From an uncultured Acidimicrobiaceae bacterium (GTDB lineage: Bacteria > Actinomycetota > Acidimicrobiia > Acidimicrobiales > Aldehydirespiratoraceae), in assembly GCA_913041415.1 (NCBI GenBank), contig CAJWHS010000004.1, positions 4,417 through 68,416 of the forward strand: a DNA stretch of 64,000 bases, written 5' to 3'. Below, piece after piece: positions 56,034 through 64,000 of the stretch. The position numbers and the translations under genes were made by a program. The notes beneath the pieces were generated by a model. The model saw nothing but the letters and a program-made list of their open reading frames with translations. It had not been told where the DNA came from and did no database searches. Each line of letters opens with the position of its first letter. The first letter of the stretch is position 1.

Positions 56034-57995
56034 GTGGCTGAACGCCTCTCCTACGCCGACGTCTTGCTCGAGGACCTCACCCCCGAGCAGCGCGACGCGG
56101 TCATAACCTCGGCGACACCGCTGTGCATCGTGGCCGGCGCCGGGTCCGGCAAGACCCGCGTCCTCACTCGCCGGATCGCGTGGCAGGCGGCCACCGGCAC
56201 CATCGATCCCCGTCGGGTTCTCGCCGTCACCTTCACTCGGCGCGCCGCCGGCGAACTCCGACGCCGCACCCGTGCCCTCGGCCTCCGCGACGATGTCGCG
56301 GCCGGCACGTTCCACTCGATCGCCCTGGCAATCCTGCGAAACCACTGGAGGGACTCCGGCCGACGGGCTCCCGAGTTGCTCGAGCGACGAATGTCGTTCC
56401 TCGCCCGGCAACACCGCAACCTCGACCGCGCCTCGATTGCCGACATCGACGGTGAGATCGGGTGGGCCCGTGCCCGGCTCGTCACGCCCGATCAGTACGC
56501 CGACGAGGCCAAGGCTGCACGACGGCGGCCCGGGCGAAGCCTGCCCTTCGTGGCCGACATCTACGAGCAGTACGAAGAGGCCAAGCGCAAGCGGAAGCTC
56601 GTCGACTTCGACGACCTCCTTGCGCTCTGCCACGCCACCATGACCCAGGACACCCGCTTCGCCGAGGCCCAACGGTGGCGTCATCGCCACGTCCTCGTCG
56701 ACGAGTTCCAGGACGTCAACCCACTCCAATTCGCGCTCCTGCAGAGCTGGCTCGGACCCGAATCGTCGCTCGTGGTCGTCGGCGACCCGAACCAGGCGAT
56801 CTACGGCTGGAACGGAGCCGAACCCGAGCTCCTCGACGAGATCGGCGACCATCTCCCCAACTGTGCCGTGATCCACCTCCGCACCAACTTCCGCTCGACC
56901 CCCGAGATCCTCACCGCCGCCGCTCGAGTGCTCGACATTGAGCCCCAGCCGGCCGCCCGTCCCTCAGGCGACGAACCCAGCGTCCGTCGCCTCAATGCCG
57001 ACGGCGAAGCGGTCGCCATCGCCCGCTCGGTGCGGGGTCGTCACAAGCCTGGCGCGCCGTGGCGGCACCAGGCCGTACTCGCTCGTACCAACGCGCAGCT
57101 CCCAGCGGTCCGCAATGCCCTTGAGCGTGCAGGCATCCCCGTTCGTTCCCGTGGCGACGGAGCGCTGCTGCGGCGACCTGAAGTGATGGAACTCATCGAC
57201 ACCTGGCAGGGCTATCAGCCGTTGTCCGATGTCTTGGCCGACGCCACCGCCGAGCTCCCTGACTCGCTCGACGATGCCCACCTGAGTGAAGAACGGCGGG
57301 CGATGCTCCAGGCATTCCTTGACGTTGCCCGCGGGCACCTCGAACTCGAACGCCGCGCCACCGTCGACGACTTCCTTTCTTCGCTTCGCACCGACGATCG
57401 TGTCTCCGCCGTCACCGATGGTGTCGAGCTCGGCACCTTCCATTCGGCCAAAGGCCTCGAATGGCCAATCGTGCACCTCATCGGCATTGAGGACGGTTAC
57501 GTCCCGATCGGATTCGCCCAGAGCGCCGACGCCCGCGCTGAAGAGCGGCGCCTCCTCTACGTCGCCGCCACTCGCGCCGAGCGCGAGCTCCATATCTCCT
57601 GGAGTGACGCACGCGTGATCGGTGACCAACTCGTCGAACGCGAACCGTCGCCGTGGATCGAGGCGTTCCACGGCGAGCCCGATCCTCTCCCCGACGAGCG
57701 CCCATCGATCGCGAACCTGCGGGCGAAGATCGCTGCCGTCCCCGAGGTCGATCTCACGGTCACCGATCAGCACGAACGCGAGATCGTGCGTGATCAGCTG
57801 CTCATCTGGCGCGAAGACTGGGCCGAGAAGGCACACGTCTCCCCCACTGCCGTGCTCTCGGATCGCGCCGTCGAGGCCCTCTCGATCGAGCGACCATGTC
57901 GGATGGACGAACTCGCCGACATCGAGGGCATCGGCCAAAGCAAAGCCCGCCGCTTCGGCCTCAAGCTGCTCGAGCTCACCTGCCTCGACGAGTAA
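56034..57995 (+). CDS. UvrD/Rep-family ATP-dependent DNA helicase with C-terminal HRDC domain (UvrD2-like)
   Basis: AGAGSGKT Walker A, VDEFQD, GDPNQAIYGWNGA, TFHSAKGLEWP and LLYVAATRAE. C-terminal HRDC-like LSDRAVEALSIERPCRMDELADIEGIGQSKARRFG. TAGGGT lies 6 nt upstream of the GTG. Confidence 0.85.
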   Translation: MAERLSYADVLLEDLTPEQRDAVITSATPLCIVAGAGSGKTRVLTRRIAWQAATGTIDPRRVLAVTFTRRAAGELRRRTRALGLRDDVAAGTFHSIALAILRNHWRDSGRRAPELLERRMSFLARQHRNLDRASIADIDGEIGWARARLVTPDQYADEAKAARRRPGRSLPFVADIYEQYEEAKRKRKLVDFDDLLALCHATMTQDTRFAEAQRWRHRHVLVDEFQDVNPLQFALLQSWLGPESSLVVVGDPNQAIYGWNGAEPELLDEIGDHLPNCAVIHLRTNFRSTPEILTAAARVLDIEPQPAARPSGDEPSVRRLNADGEAVAIARSVRGRHKPGAPWRHQAVLARTNAQLPAVRNALERAGIPVRSRGDGALLRRPEVMELIDTWQGYQPLSDVLADATAELPDSLDDAHLSEERRAMLQAFLDVARGHLELERRATVDDFLSSLRTDDRVSAVTDGVELGTFHSAKGLEWPIVHLIGIEDGYVPIGFAQSADARAEERRLLYVAATRAERELHISWSDARVIGDQLVEREPSPWIEAFHGEPDPLPDERPSIANLRAKIAAVPEVDLTVTDQHEREIVRDQLLIWREDWAEKAHVSPTAVLSDRAVEALSIERPCRMDELADIEGIGQSKARRFGLKLLELTCLDE

Positions 57996-58010
57996 CCACC
58001 CGGGCGAGGG

Positions 58011-60182
58011 TCACTCGCCCGTCGACGGATCCTTCGGCCGTGGCTGGGCGACCACAACGACCGTGGCGTCGGAACGTTCGAGTACCGCCTCGACCGTGTG
58101 CCCGATGAAGGGTCGGCCGTCGACGTTACGGAGCTGGGCGCCAAGCACCACAAGATCGGCCTGCTCGGTGCGGGCCGCATCGACAAGTGCCTCTCCCGCC
58201 GACGTGCCTTCGCGAAGGATCTCTCGCGGGCTGATCCCCGCTTCGTGGGCCTGCTCGACGGCCCGAGCCATCATCGACTCCGCTGCGGCGATCGCCGGAT
58301 CGTCGACAGCGGTGCCACGCCGGGCAAAGATCCGCGGCAGCTGATTGACCCGGTTGACAACGTGCGTGAGCAGGACTTCCGTGCCGAGCTGGGCCGAAAT
58401 CGCGAACGCGACCTCCTGTGCGGAGCGTGACGAAGGTGTACCCGTGACGGGAACGATGGCGCGGGAGAACGCCGGTGGGAGTGGCCGATCAAGCCCCCGG
58501 GCCCGACGCACAATCACGACCGGAGTCACGGCGTTGAGCAGCAGTTCGTCGACCATCGGCGAGTAGAGGACGCCCTCATGCCGCTCGGCCACGCCCACGA
58601 CCACCACGCCATAGCCGAGGTTGGACTCGGACACGATCGATGCGGCGACATCGCGCCCGCTGCCGATCGACACACCGTTTGCGCGGTTGTGATCGACCTC
58701 GCGCTCGTCGAGCACGGCCTCAAGGACGCTGATGTCAGCATCCACATCACCGACGGTGAGAATCGTTGAGGGTGCCTCCTTTGGCCACGCGAACTGAGCG
58801 AGCTGGGCGGCGGCGATCGAGGCGGGCTGCCCCTTCGACGGCAGCAAGATCCGCTGCGAGGTGACGACCAGGTTCTTGGCCAAGGCCTCCTCGCGGTCGA
58901 GTCGCTCCTGTTCCTTGTCGGTGCCGCGCCAATCGCGCACGACGATACGCAGGCTGACGGCGGCAAAAATCGAGGTGATCAGGGGAACGATCACGATCAC
59001 CGTGTAGGCGGTCTCGGTGAACACACCAAGCGAGAGTCCGACCGAGGCGATCACGATCTCGAGAGCGCCTCGGGCATTGAGCCCAGCACCCAGGGCGGTG
59101 GCCGCACGGTTCGACTGGCCGGCGAGCTTGGCGCCAACGAACGCGCCGACGAACTTGGCGACGATCGCCACGGCCACCACGACTCCGGCCCAGGCGATCG
59201 CATCGTCCTGGCCGAGCAGACCGAGGTCGACCCGCAAACCAGCGGTGGCGAAGAACACCGGGGCGAGGAATGTATTGGTGACCGATTCGAGATGGTCGAG
59301 CACCTCTCGCTGCTGGAACCGCGACCGGTGCAACACGACACCGGCGACAAAGGCACCGAGTACCGCTTCGATCCCGAGGGCCTGCGTGGCGACGCCGTAG
59401 ATCAGCATGGTCATGACAACGACCGTCATGGCGCCGGCGACGTCGGGACCGTCGCGACGCACCCACCGCAACGACCGGTCGACCACGCGCTGACCAACGG
59501 TCATGGCGAGCGCAAGAAAGATTGCCAGGCCACCAACGGTGCGGACGATGCCAGAGGCTGAGACCTCCCCGGACGTCGCAAAGCCGGTGAAGACCGCGAG
59601 CATGATCCACCCGACGACATCGTTGGCCATGCCGGCGGCAACCGTGATCTGGCCGAAGTCGCGACGCATCAAACCAAGCTCGCTGAGGATTTTGGCGATC
59701 ACCGCAAGCGCAGAGACGGCTAGGGAAGCGGCGACGAACAGGGCGAAGACGGTGCGATCGCTCTCGGCACCGATGAACGATTCGGGAAGAACGCCACCAA
59801 CGACGAGGCCTCCGATCAACGGCACGACCAAGCTGAAGCCGGTCACGAGTGCTGCGGCCCCCCCGAGGCGCCGGATCAGACCGAGATCGGTTTCGAAGCC
59901 CGCCGTGACGAGCAGGAACGCAACCCCAAGCCAGCTCACGGCGAAGAGTGCCCCAGAGCTGATCTCGTGCTCGGGCAGGAACCATTCGAAGCCATCAGGC
60001 CAAAGCCGACCAAAGATCGACGGCCCCAAGATCACGCCCGCGCCAAGCTGGCCGATCACGGAGGGCAGATTGAGACGCCGCATCAACGCCCCGCAGAAAC
60101 GGGCGGCTGCAACCAAGACGAGGAGTTGGGTCCAGAAGACCAGCAACTCGTGTTCGTCGAGCGGCGTCAGGGCGAACTGCAA
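58011..60182 (-). CDS. CPA2-family cation:proton antiporter fused to tandem universal stress protein domains
   Basis: About 400-aa polytopic Kef/NapA-like domain, then two Usp-like halves (...LLPSKGQPAS... and ...IVPVTGTPSSRSAQEVA...DLVVLGA). TTG start lies 3 nt after the xthA stop. Confidence 0.8.
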   Translation of the reverse strand: MQFALTPLDEHELLVFWTQLLVLVAAARFCGALMRRLNLPSVIGQLGAGVILGPSIFGRLWPDGFEWFLPEHEISSGALFAVSWLGVAFLLVTAGFETDLGLIRRLGGAAALVTGFSLVVPLIGGLVVGGVLPESFIGAESDRTVFALFVAASLAVSALAVIAKILSELGLMRRDFGQITVAAGMANDVVGWIMLAVFTGFATSGEVSASGIVRTVGGLAIFLALAMTVGQRVVDRSLRWVRRDGPDVAGAMTVVVMTMLIYGVATQALGIEAVLGAFVAGVVLHRSRFQQREVLDHLESVTNTFLAPVFFATAGLRVDLGLLGQDDAIAWAGVVVAVAIVAKFVGAFVGAKLAGQSNRAATALGAGLNARGALEIVIASVGLSLGVFTETAYTVIVIVPLITSIFAAVSLRIVVRDWRGTDKEQERLDREEALAKNLVVTSQRILLPSKGQPASIAAAQLAQFAWPKEAPSTILTVGDVDADISVLEAVLDEREVDHNRANGVSIGSGRDVAASIVSESNLGYGVVVVGVAERHEGVLYSPMVDELLLNAVTPVVIVRRARGLDRPLPPAFSRAIVPVTGTPSSRSAQEVAFAISAQLGTEVLLTHVVNRVNQLPRIFARRGTAVDDPAIAAAESMMARAVEQAHEAGISPREILREGTSAGEALVDAARTEQADLVVLGAQLRNVDGRPFIGHTVEAVLERSDATVVVVAQPRPKDPSTGE

Positions 60183-60185
60183 GCG

Positions 60186-60968
60186 TCAGCGTTCCACGTC
60201 GATGAAGACCGGCGCGTGGTCCGAGGGCGGATCGTCCTTGGGGCCCTTGCGTTCGTTGCGGTCGATCAGCGCGAGCTTCGTCGCATCGGTGACCGAGCGG
60301 GAGGTCATCAGCAGATCGATGCGCAGCCCCATCTTCTTGTAGAAGCTGCCGCCCCGATAGTCCCACCAGGAATACAGACGTTCCTCGGGGTGGTGTTCAC
60401 GGAAGACGTCGACGAGCCCCCACTGCTCGAGGGCGGCGAGACGATCTCGTTCGGCCTGGCTGGTATGAGTCGCCGTCTCGAACTTCTTCGGGTCCCAGCA
60501 GTCGATGTCGGCCGGGCAGATGTTGTAATCACCCACGACGACGACGTCGTCACCCGGATCGCACTGCCCGTCGAGATCGCCGACGAGACGATCGAGCCAG
60601 CGCAGCTTGTACTGGTAATGCTCATGGTCGAGCGACCGGCCGTTGGGCACGTAGCAGGACGCGATCCGCACACCGTCGCAGGTCGCCCACGCGATGCGAG
60701 CGTCCTGGTCGAGCTCGCCGCCGTCGCCGAAACCGGCGACCGGATTCTCGAGTCCGACCTTCGACAGGATCGCCACCCCATTCCACCGGCCCTCACCGTG
60801 ATGGAGGGTTTCGTACCCCAATGACTGGAAGGCCATCGCAGGGAAGGCATCGTCAGCGAGCTTGGTCTCCTGCAGGCACAAAACGTCGGGTTCGAAGGTC
60901 TCGAGCCAACGTTCGACGCGGGAGAGGCGGGCGTTGAGCGAGTTGACATTCCAGGTCGCGATCCGCAC
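60186..60968 (-). CDS. xthA: exodeoxyribonuclease III
   Basis: VRIATWNVNSLNARLSRVERWLETFEPDVLCLQETK, and C-terminal PSDHAPV. I trimmed the 456-aa ORF. GTG 60968 (TATGGT 7 nt upstream) is preferred; ATG 60980 is possible. Confidence 0.9.
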   Translation of the reverse strand: MRIATWNVNSLNARLSRVERWLETFEPDVLCLQETKLADDAFPAMAFQSLGYETLHHGEGRWNGVAILSKVGLENPVAGFGDGGELDQDARIAWATCDGVRIASCYVPNGRSLDHEHYQYKLRWLDRLVGDLDGQCDPGDDVVVVGDYNICPADIDCWDPKKFETATHTSQAERDRLAALEQWGLVDVFREHHPEERLYSWWDYRGGSFYKKMGLRIDLLMTSRSVTDATKLALIDRNERKGPKDDPPSDHAPVFIDVER

Positions 60969-60975
60969 GAGCGGG

Positions 60976-61000
60976 ACCATACAGCACGCCGCCGTATGCT
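60976..61000. promoter_or_regulatory. back-to-back divergent -10 elements for xthA (minus TATGGT, 60981-60976) and kgd (plus TATGCT, 60995-61000)
   Basis: Read directly. Each hexamer is exactly 7 nt from a GTG start (60968 and 61008). Confidence 0.45.
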
Positions 61001-61007
61001 GGTTCTC

Positions 61008-64000
61008 GTGAGCACCACGGACCCCCTCGATCTCGGCCCGAATGCCTGGATGGCCGACGAAATGCGATCCCGATGGAAGGCAGACCCGGCATCGGTCGAC
61101 CCGGCATGGCGGGTGATCTTCGAGGCCGAACCCGCCGCCGGTGCCAGCAAGACCAACGGAGCTACTGCAGCCACGACACCGATCGAAGTGCCCTCCGTCG
61201 ACGTCACACCGACCACCGCTTCGCCGGCTCCCTCTGCCCAGCCGTCTGCGCCTGTTAAGCCCGAGGTGAAGCTCCCGACCCCGATGCAACATGACGACAA
61301 CGGAGCCCCCGCGCCGGCGAGCCAGCCGGCGCCGGCCTCCGCGAATGCCGGGGAGCGCGAGGCCGACCCCGACGCCCCAGTCCAGCAACCGCTGCGAGGC
61401 GCATCGGCCCGCATCGTCACCAACATGGAAGCGTCGCTTGAGGTACCCACGGCGACGAGCTTTCGTCAGGTGCCGGCGAAGCTGCTCGAGGTCAACCGCA
61501 AGATCATCAATGGTCATCTCGGCCGCAAACTCAGCGGCAAGGTCAGCTTCACCCATCTGATCGGCTACGCCGTCGTGCGCGCGATCGCCGACTCAATGCC
61601 GGCGATGAACAACGTTTACACCACCGATGACAATGGCAAGCCGGTCCTCGTGAAGAACTCCAACGTGGGGCTCGGCATCGCCATCGACCTCGAGAAGGCC
61701 GATGGCAGCCGCACCCTCATGGTCCCGAGTATCAAGGCGGCCGACACGCTCGACTTCCAGCAGTTCGTTGACGCCTACCAGGACCTGATCGTGAAGGCCC
61801 GTGACGGCAAACTCGGCGTTGACGACTTCGCCGGCACGACCGTCAGTCTCACCAACCCCGGCACGATCGGCACCCTGCAGTCGGTGCCGCGCCTGATGCC
61901 GGGCCAAGGCCTGATCGTCGGTGTGGGCTCGATCGCGTTCCCCACCGAGTTCCAGGCCGCCGACCCGTCGAAGCTCGCCGAGCTTGGCGTGTCGAAGGTC
62001 ATCACCGTTAGCTCGACCTATGACCACCGGGTCATTCAGGGTGCCGAGTCCGGCATGTTCTTGAAGAAGGTCCACGAACTCCTCCTCGGCGAAGATGACT
62101 TCTACGTCGACGTCTTCCGTTCGCTTGACGTGCCGTACGAAGCAGTCAAGTGGCGTCGCGATGTCAACCCGCTCGACCGCGAGACCGGCCTGCTCGAGAA
62201 GCAGGCCAAGGTCAACCAGTTGATCAACATGCACCGCGTGCGCGGCCACCTCATCGCGGATCTCGATCCGTTGCAGGTGAAAGAGCCCAAGATGCACCCT
62301 GAGCTCGACCCTGCGACCTACGGGCTCACCATCTGGGATCTCGATCGCGAGTTCCTCACCGGCTCCGACTCCGGCATCTATGCCCAGGTCGGCGGCCAGA
62401 GCCGCATGCCACTCGGCGATTTGCTCGGTGTGCTTCGCGACGCGTACTGCCGCACCGTCGGTGTGGAGTACATGCACATCCAGGATCCGGTCGAGAAGCG
62501 CTGGGTGCAGGAGCAACTCGAGGGGGCCGACCGCTCCATCGAACCAGACGAACAACGCCACATCCTCGGACGGCTCAACGCAGCTGAGGCGCTGGAGACC
62601 TTTCTCGGAACGAAGTACGTCGGCCAGAAGCGCTTCGGTATCGAAGGCGCCGAATCCACGATCCCTTTGGTCGACGCCCTGCTCGGCGCGGCAGCCGACG
62701 CTGGCATGGCCGAGGCCGTGATCGGCATGGCCCACCGCGGCCGCCTCAACGTGCTCGTCAACATCGTCGGCAAGGACTACGGCTCGTTGTTCAACGAGTT
62801 TGAGGGTGGCGACGTCGGCTCCATGACCATGGGTTCGGGCGACGTGAAGTACCACCTCGGCCAGACCGGAACGTTCGTCTCGCGAAATGGCAACGAGCTT
62901 TCGCTCGAACTGGCCGCGAACCCGTCGCATCTCGAGGCGGTCAACCCGGTGGTGCTCGGCATGGTCCGGGCCCGGATGGACGAGATCCGTCGGGACAGCA
63001 CCGAGTTCGAGGCCTATCCGGTCCTGCCGCTGCTGCTGCACGGCGACGCAGCGTTCGCCGGTCAAGGTGTCGTCGCCGAGACCCTCAACCTGTCGCAGAT
63101 CCGCGGGTATCGAGTCGGCGGCTGCGTACACGTCGTGATCAACAACCAGGTCGGCTTCACCACGTCGCCAGCTGCGGCCCGTTCGTCGGAGTACTCCACT
63201 GACGTGGCCAAGATGATCCAGGCCCCGATCTTCCATGTGAACGGCGACGACCCAGAAGCGTGTGTTCGAGTCGCCCGACTGGCGTTCGAGTACCGCCAGA
63301 GGTTCAACAAGGACGTCGTGATCGACATGATCTGCTACCGACGTCAAGGCCACAACGAAGGCGACGACCCCAGCTACACGCTCCCCGAGATGTATCGCCG
63401 GATCGACGAACGACCCTCGGTCCGGGAGTTGTACACCACGTCGCTCGTGAAGCGTGGGGCCTTCACCCCCGATGATGAAGAGGCGGCGCTCGACGACTTC
63501 CGCACCCGACTGCAGTCGGCACTCGACGAGACCCGGGAAGTCCGAAACGAGGGAGGTGTCGCTCAGCGGCCGATCAAGAGCAGCGGGGTGCGGCCGCATC
63601 TGCGCACGTCGATCAACCAGGCGACGGTCGACGAGGTCTACGAAATCCTCACCACCACCCCCGAGGGCTTCACAATGCATCCAAAGCTCGCCCAACAATT
63701 CGCGACCCGCCACAAGATGTTTGAGGGTGGTGAGATCGACTGGGCGCTCGGCGAGGCGATGGCCTACGGCAGTCTTCTCGTCGAGGGCACCTCGGTGCGC
63801 CTCTCGGGCCAGGACTCGCGTCGCGGCACGTTCAGCCATCGACACGCAACCCTCGTCGATTTCGAGACCAGTGCCGAACACACCCCGCTCAAGGAACTGG
63901 GCGAGGGCCACGACTCGAACTTCTGGGTGTACGACTCATTGTTGAGCGAATACGCCGTCCTCGGCTTCGAGTACGGCTATTCGATCGCCAACCCGAAGGC
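61008..64000 (+). CDS. kgd: multifunctional 2-oxoglutarate decarboxylase/dehydrogenase E1 with N-terminal E2-like acyltransferase domain (Kgd/OdhA type); 3' end outside window
   Basis: Not in the ORF track because no stop falls inside the window. My hand translation of the frame (codon starts divisible by 3) gave four segments. They are GPNAWMADEMRSRWKADPASVDPAW; a Pro/Ala-rich linker; EASLEVPTATSFRQVPAKLLEVNRKIINGHL...TNPGTIGTLQSVPRL; and AYCRTVGVEYMHIQDP...FWVYDSLLSEYAVLGFEYGYS. Confidence 0.9.
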   Translation, partial: MSTTDPLDLGPNAWMADEMRSRWKADPASVDPAWRVIFEAEPAAGASKTNGATAATTPIEVPSVDVTPTTASPAPSAQPSAPVKPEVKLPTPMQHDDNGAPAPASQPAPASANAGEREADPDAPVQQPLRGASARIVTNMEASLEVPTATSFRQVPAKLLEVNRKIINGHLGRKLSGKVSFTHLIGYAVVRAIADSMPAMNNVYTTDDNGKPVLVKNSNVGLGIAIDLEKADGSRTLMVPSIKAADTLDFQQFVDAYQDLIVKARDGKLGVDDFAGTTVSLTNPGTIGTLQSVPRLMPGQGLIVGVGSIAFPTEFQAADPSKLAELGVSKVITVSSTYDHRVIQGAESGMFLKKVHELLLGEDDFYVDVFRSLDVPYEAVKWRRDVNPLDRETGLLEKQAKVNQLINMHRVRGHLIADLDPLQVKEPKMHPELDPATYGLTIWDLDREFLTGSDSGIYAQVGGQSRMPLGDLLGVLRDAYCRTVGVEYMHIQDPVEKRWVQEQLEGADRSIEPDEQRHILGRLNAAEALETFLGTKYVGQKRFGIEGAESTIPLVDALLGAAADAGMAEAVIGMAHRGRLNVLVNIVGKDYGSLFNEFEGGDVGSMTMGSGDVKYHLGQTGTFVSRNGNELSLELAANPSHLEAVNPVVLGMVRARMDEIRRDSTEFEAYPVLPLLLHGDAAFAGQGVVAETLNLSQIRGYRVGGCVHVVINNQVGFTTSPAAARSSEYSTDVAKMIQAPIFHVNGDDPEACVRVARLAFEYRQRFNKDVVIDMICYRRQGHNEGDDPSYTLPEMYRRIDERPSVRELYTTSLVKRGAFTPDDEEAALDDFRTRLQSALDETREVRNEGGVAQRPIKSSGVRPHLRTSINQATVDEVYEILTTTPEGFTMHPKLAQQFATRHKMFEGGEIDWALGEAMAYGSLLVEGTSVRLSGQDSRRGTFSHRHATLVDFETSAEHTPLKELGEGHDSNFWVYDSLLSEYAVLGFEYGYSIANPK

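Noticed and set aside
61593-63911. 772-aa ORF on the minus strand, the longest ORF in this part of the track
   Set aside because: It is the antisense shadow of kgd. The plus-strand frame translates into unmistakable Kgd/OdhA sequence from 61008 to the window end. The minus product is Arg/Gly/Val/Asp-rich with no motif. Long antisense ORFs are expected at this GC content.
1-64000. Search for CRISPR arrays, tRNA/rRNA genes, IS elements, integrases, prophage or defence-system genes
   Set aside because: Intergenic regions are at most about 220 nt and none shows regular direct repeats or cloverleaf-like structure. No transposase, integrase, restriction, Cas, abortive-infection or toxin-antitoxin pair was recognisable among the translated ORFs.

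Overview
A 64 kb, very GC-rich, gene-dense chromosomal segment whose gene content, synteny and promoter style look actinobacterial, possibly Acidimicrobiia-like. I cannot confirm taxonomy without a database search. It is mostly core metabolism and housekeeping. Branched-chain amino-acid genes: leuB-ilvE-cimA, and an IclR regulator divergent from leuCD. Serine genes: serA, serC and an aspartate-type aminotransferase. Others: greA, rsgA, recG, yloV, pckA, xthA and the 5' part of kgd/odhA. The kgd gene runs off the window and is absent from the ORF track. Accessory-like parts are listed here. (1) Three lipoproteins in a row: cupredoxin, beta-helix protein and di-haem DUF1111 protein. (2) A TetR-associated acyl-CoA cluster with three AMP-ligases, an atypical CoA-transferase, a crotonase, an ACAD and a carboxyltransferase. 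(3) A thiamine ABC transporter behind a clear TPP riboswitch. (4) A gapdh-arsJ arsenate-resistance pair. (5) A five-TM molybdoenzyme with an internal twin-arginine motif. (6) A PIN-PhoH2 protein. (7) An SDR pseudogene. I found no rRNA, tRNA, CRISPR array, IS element, prophage or recognisable defence system, and no convincing wholly new multi-gene system. Three signals are not explained by plain gene calls. First, a leaderless 11-codon Ile-rich leader ORF with hairpins and a terminator sits in front of leuB-ilvE-cimA, a candidate isoleucine attenuator on a citramalate-pathway operon. Second, TANNNT lies 6-8 nt upstream of the start codon at 18 genes, which suggests leaderless transcription, and some divergent -10 pairs overlap. 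Third, candidate operator palindromes sit in several divergent promoter regions. All functional calls rest on my reading of motifs in the translations. No searches were run.
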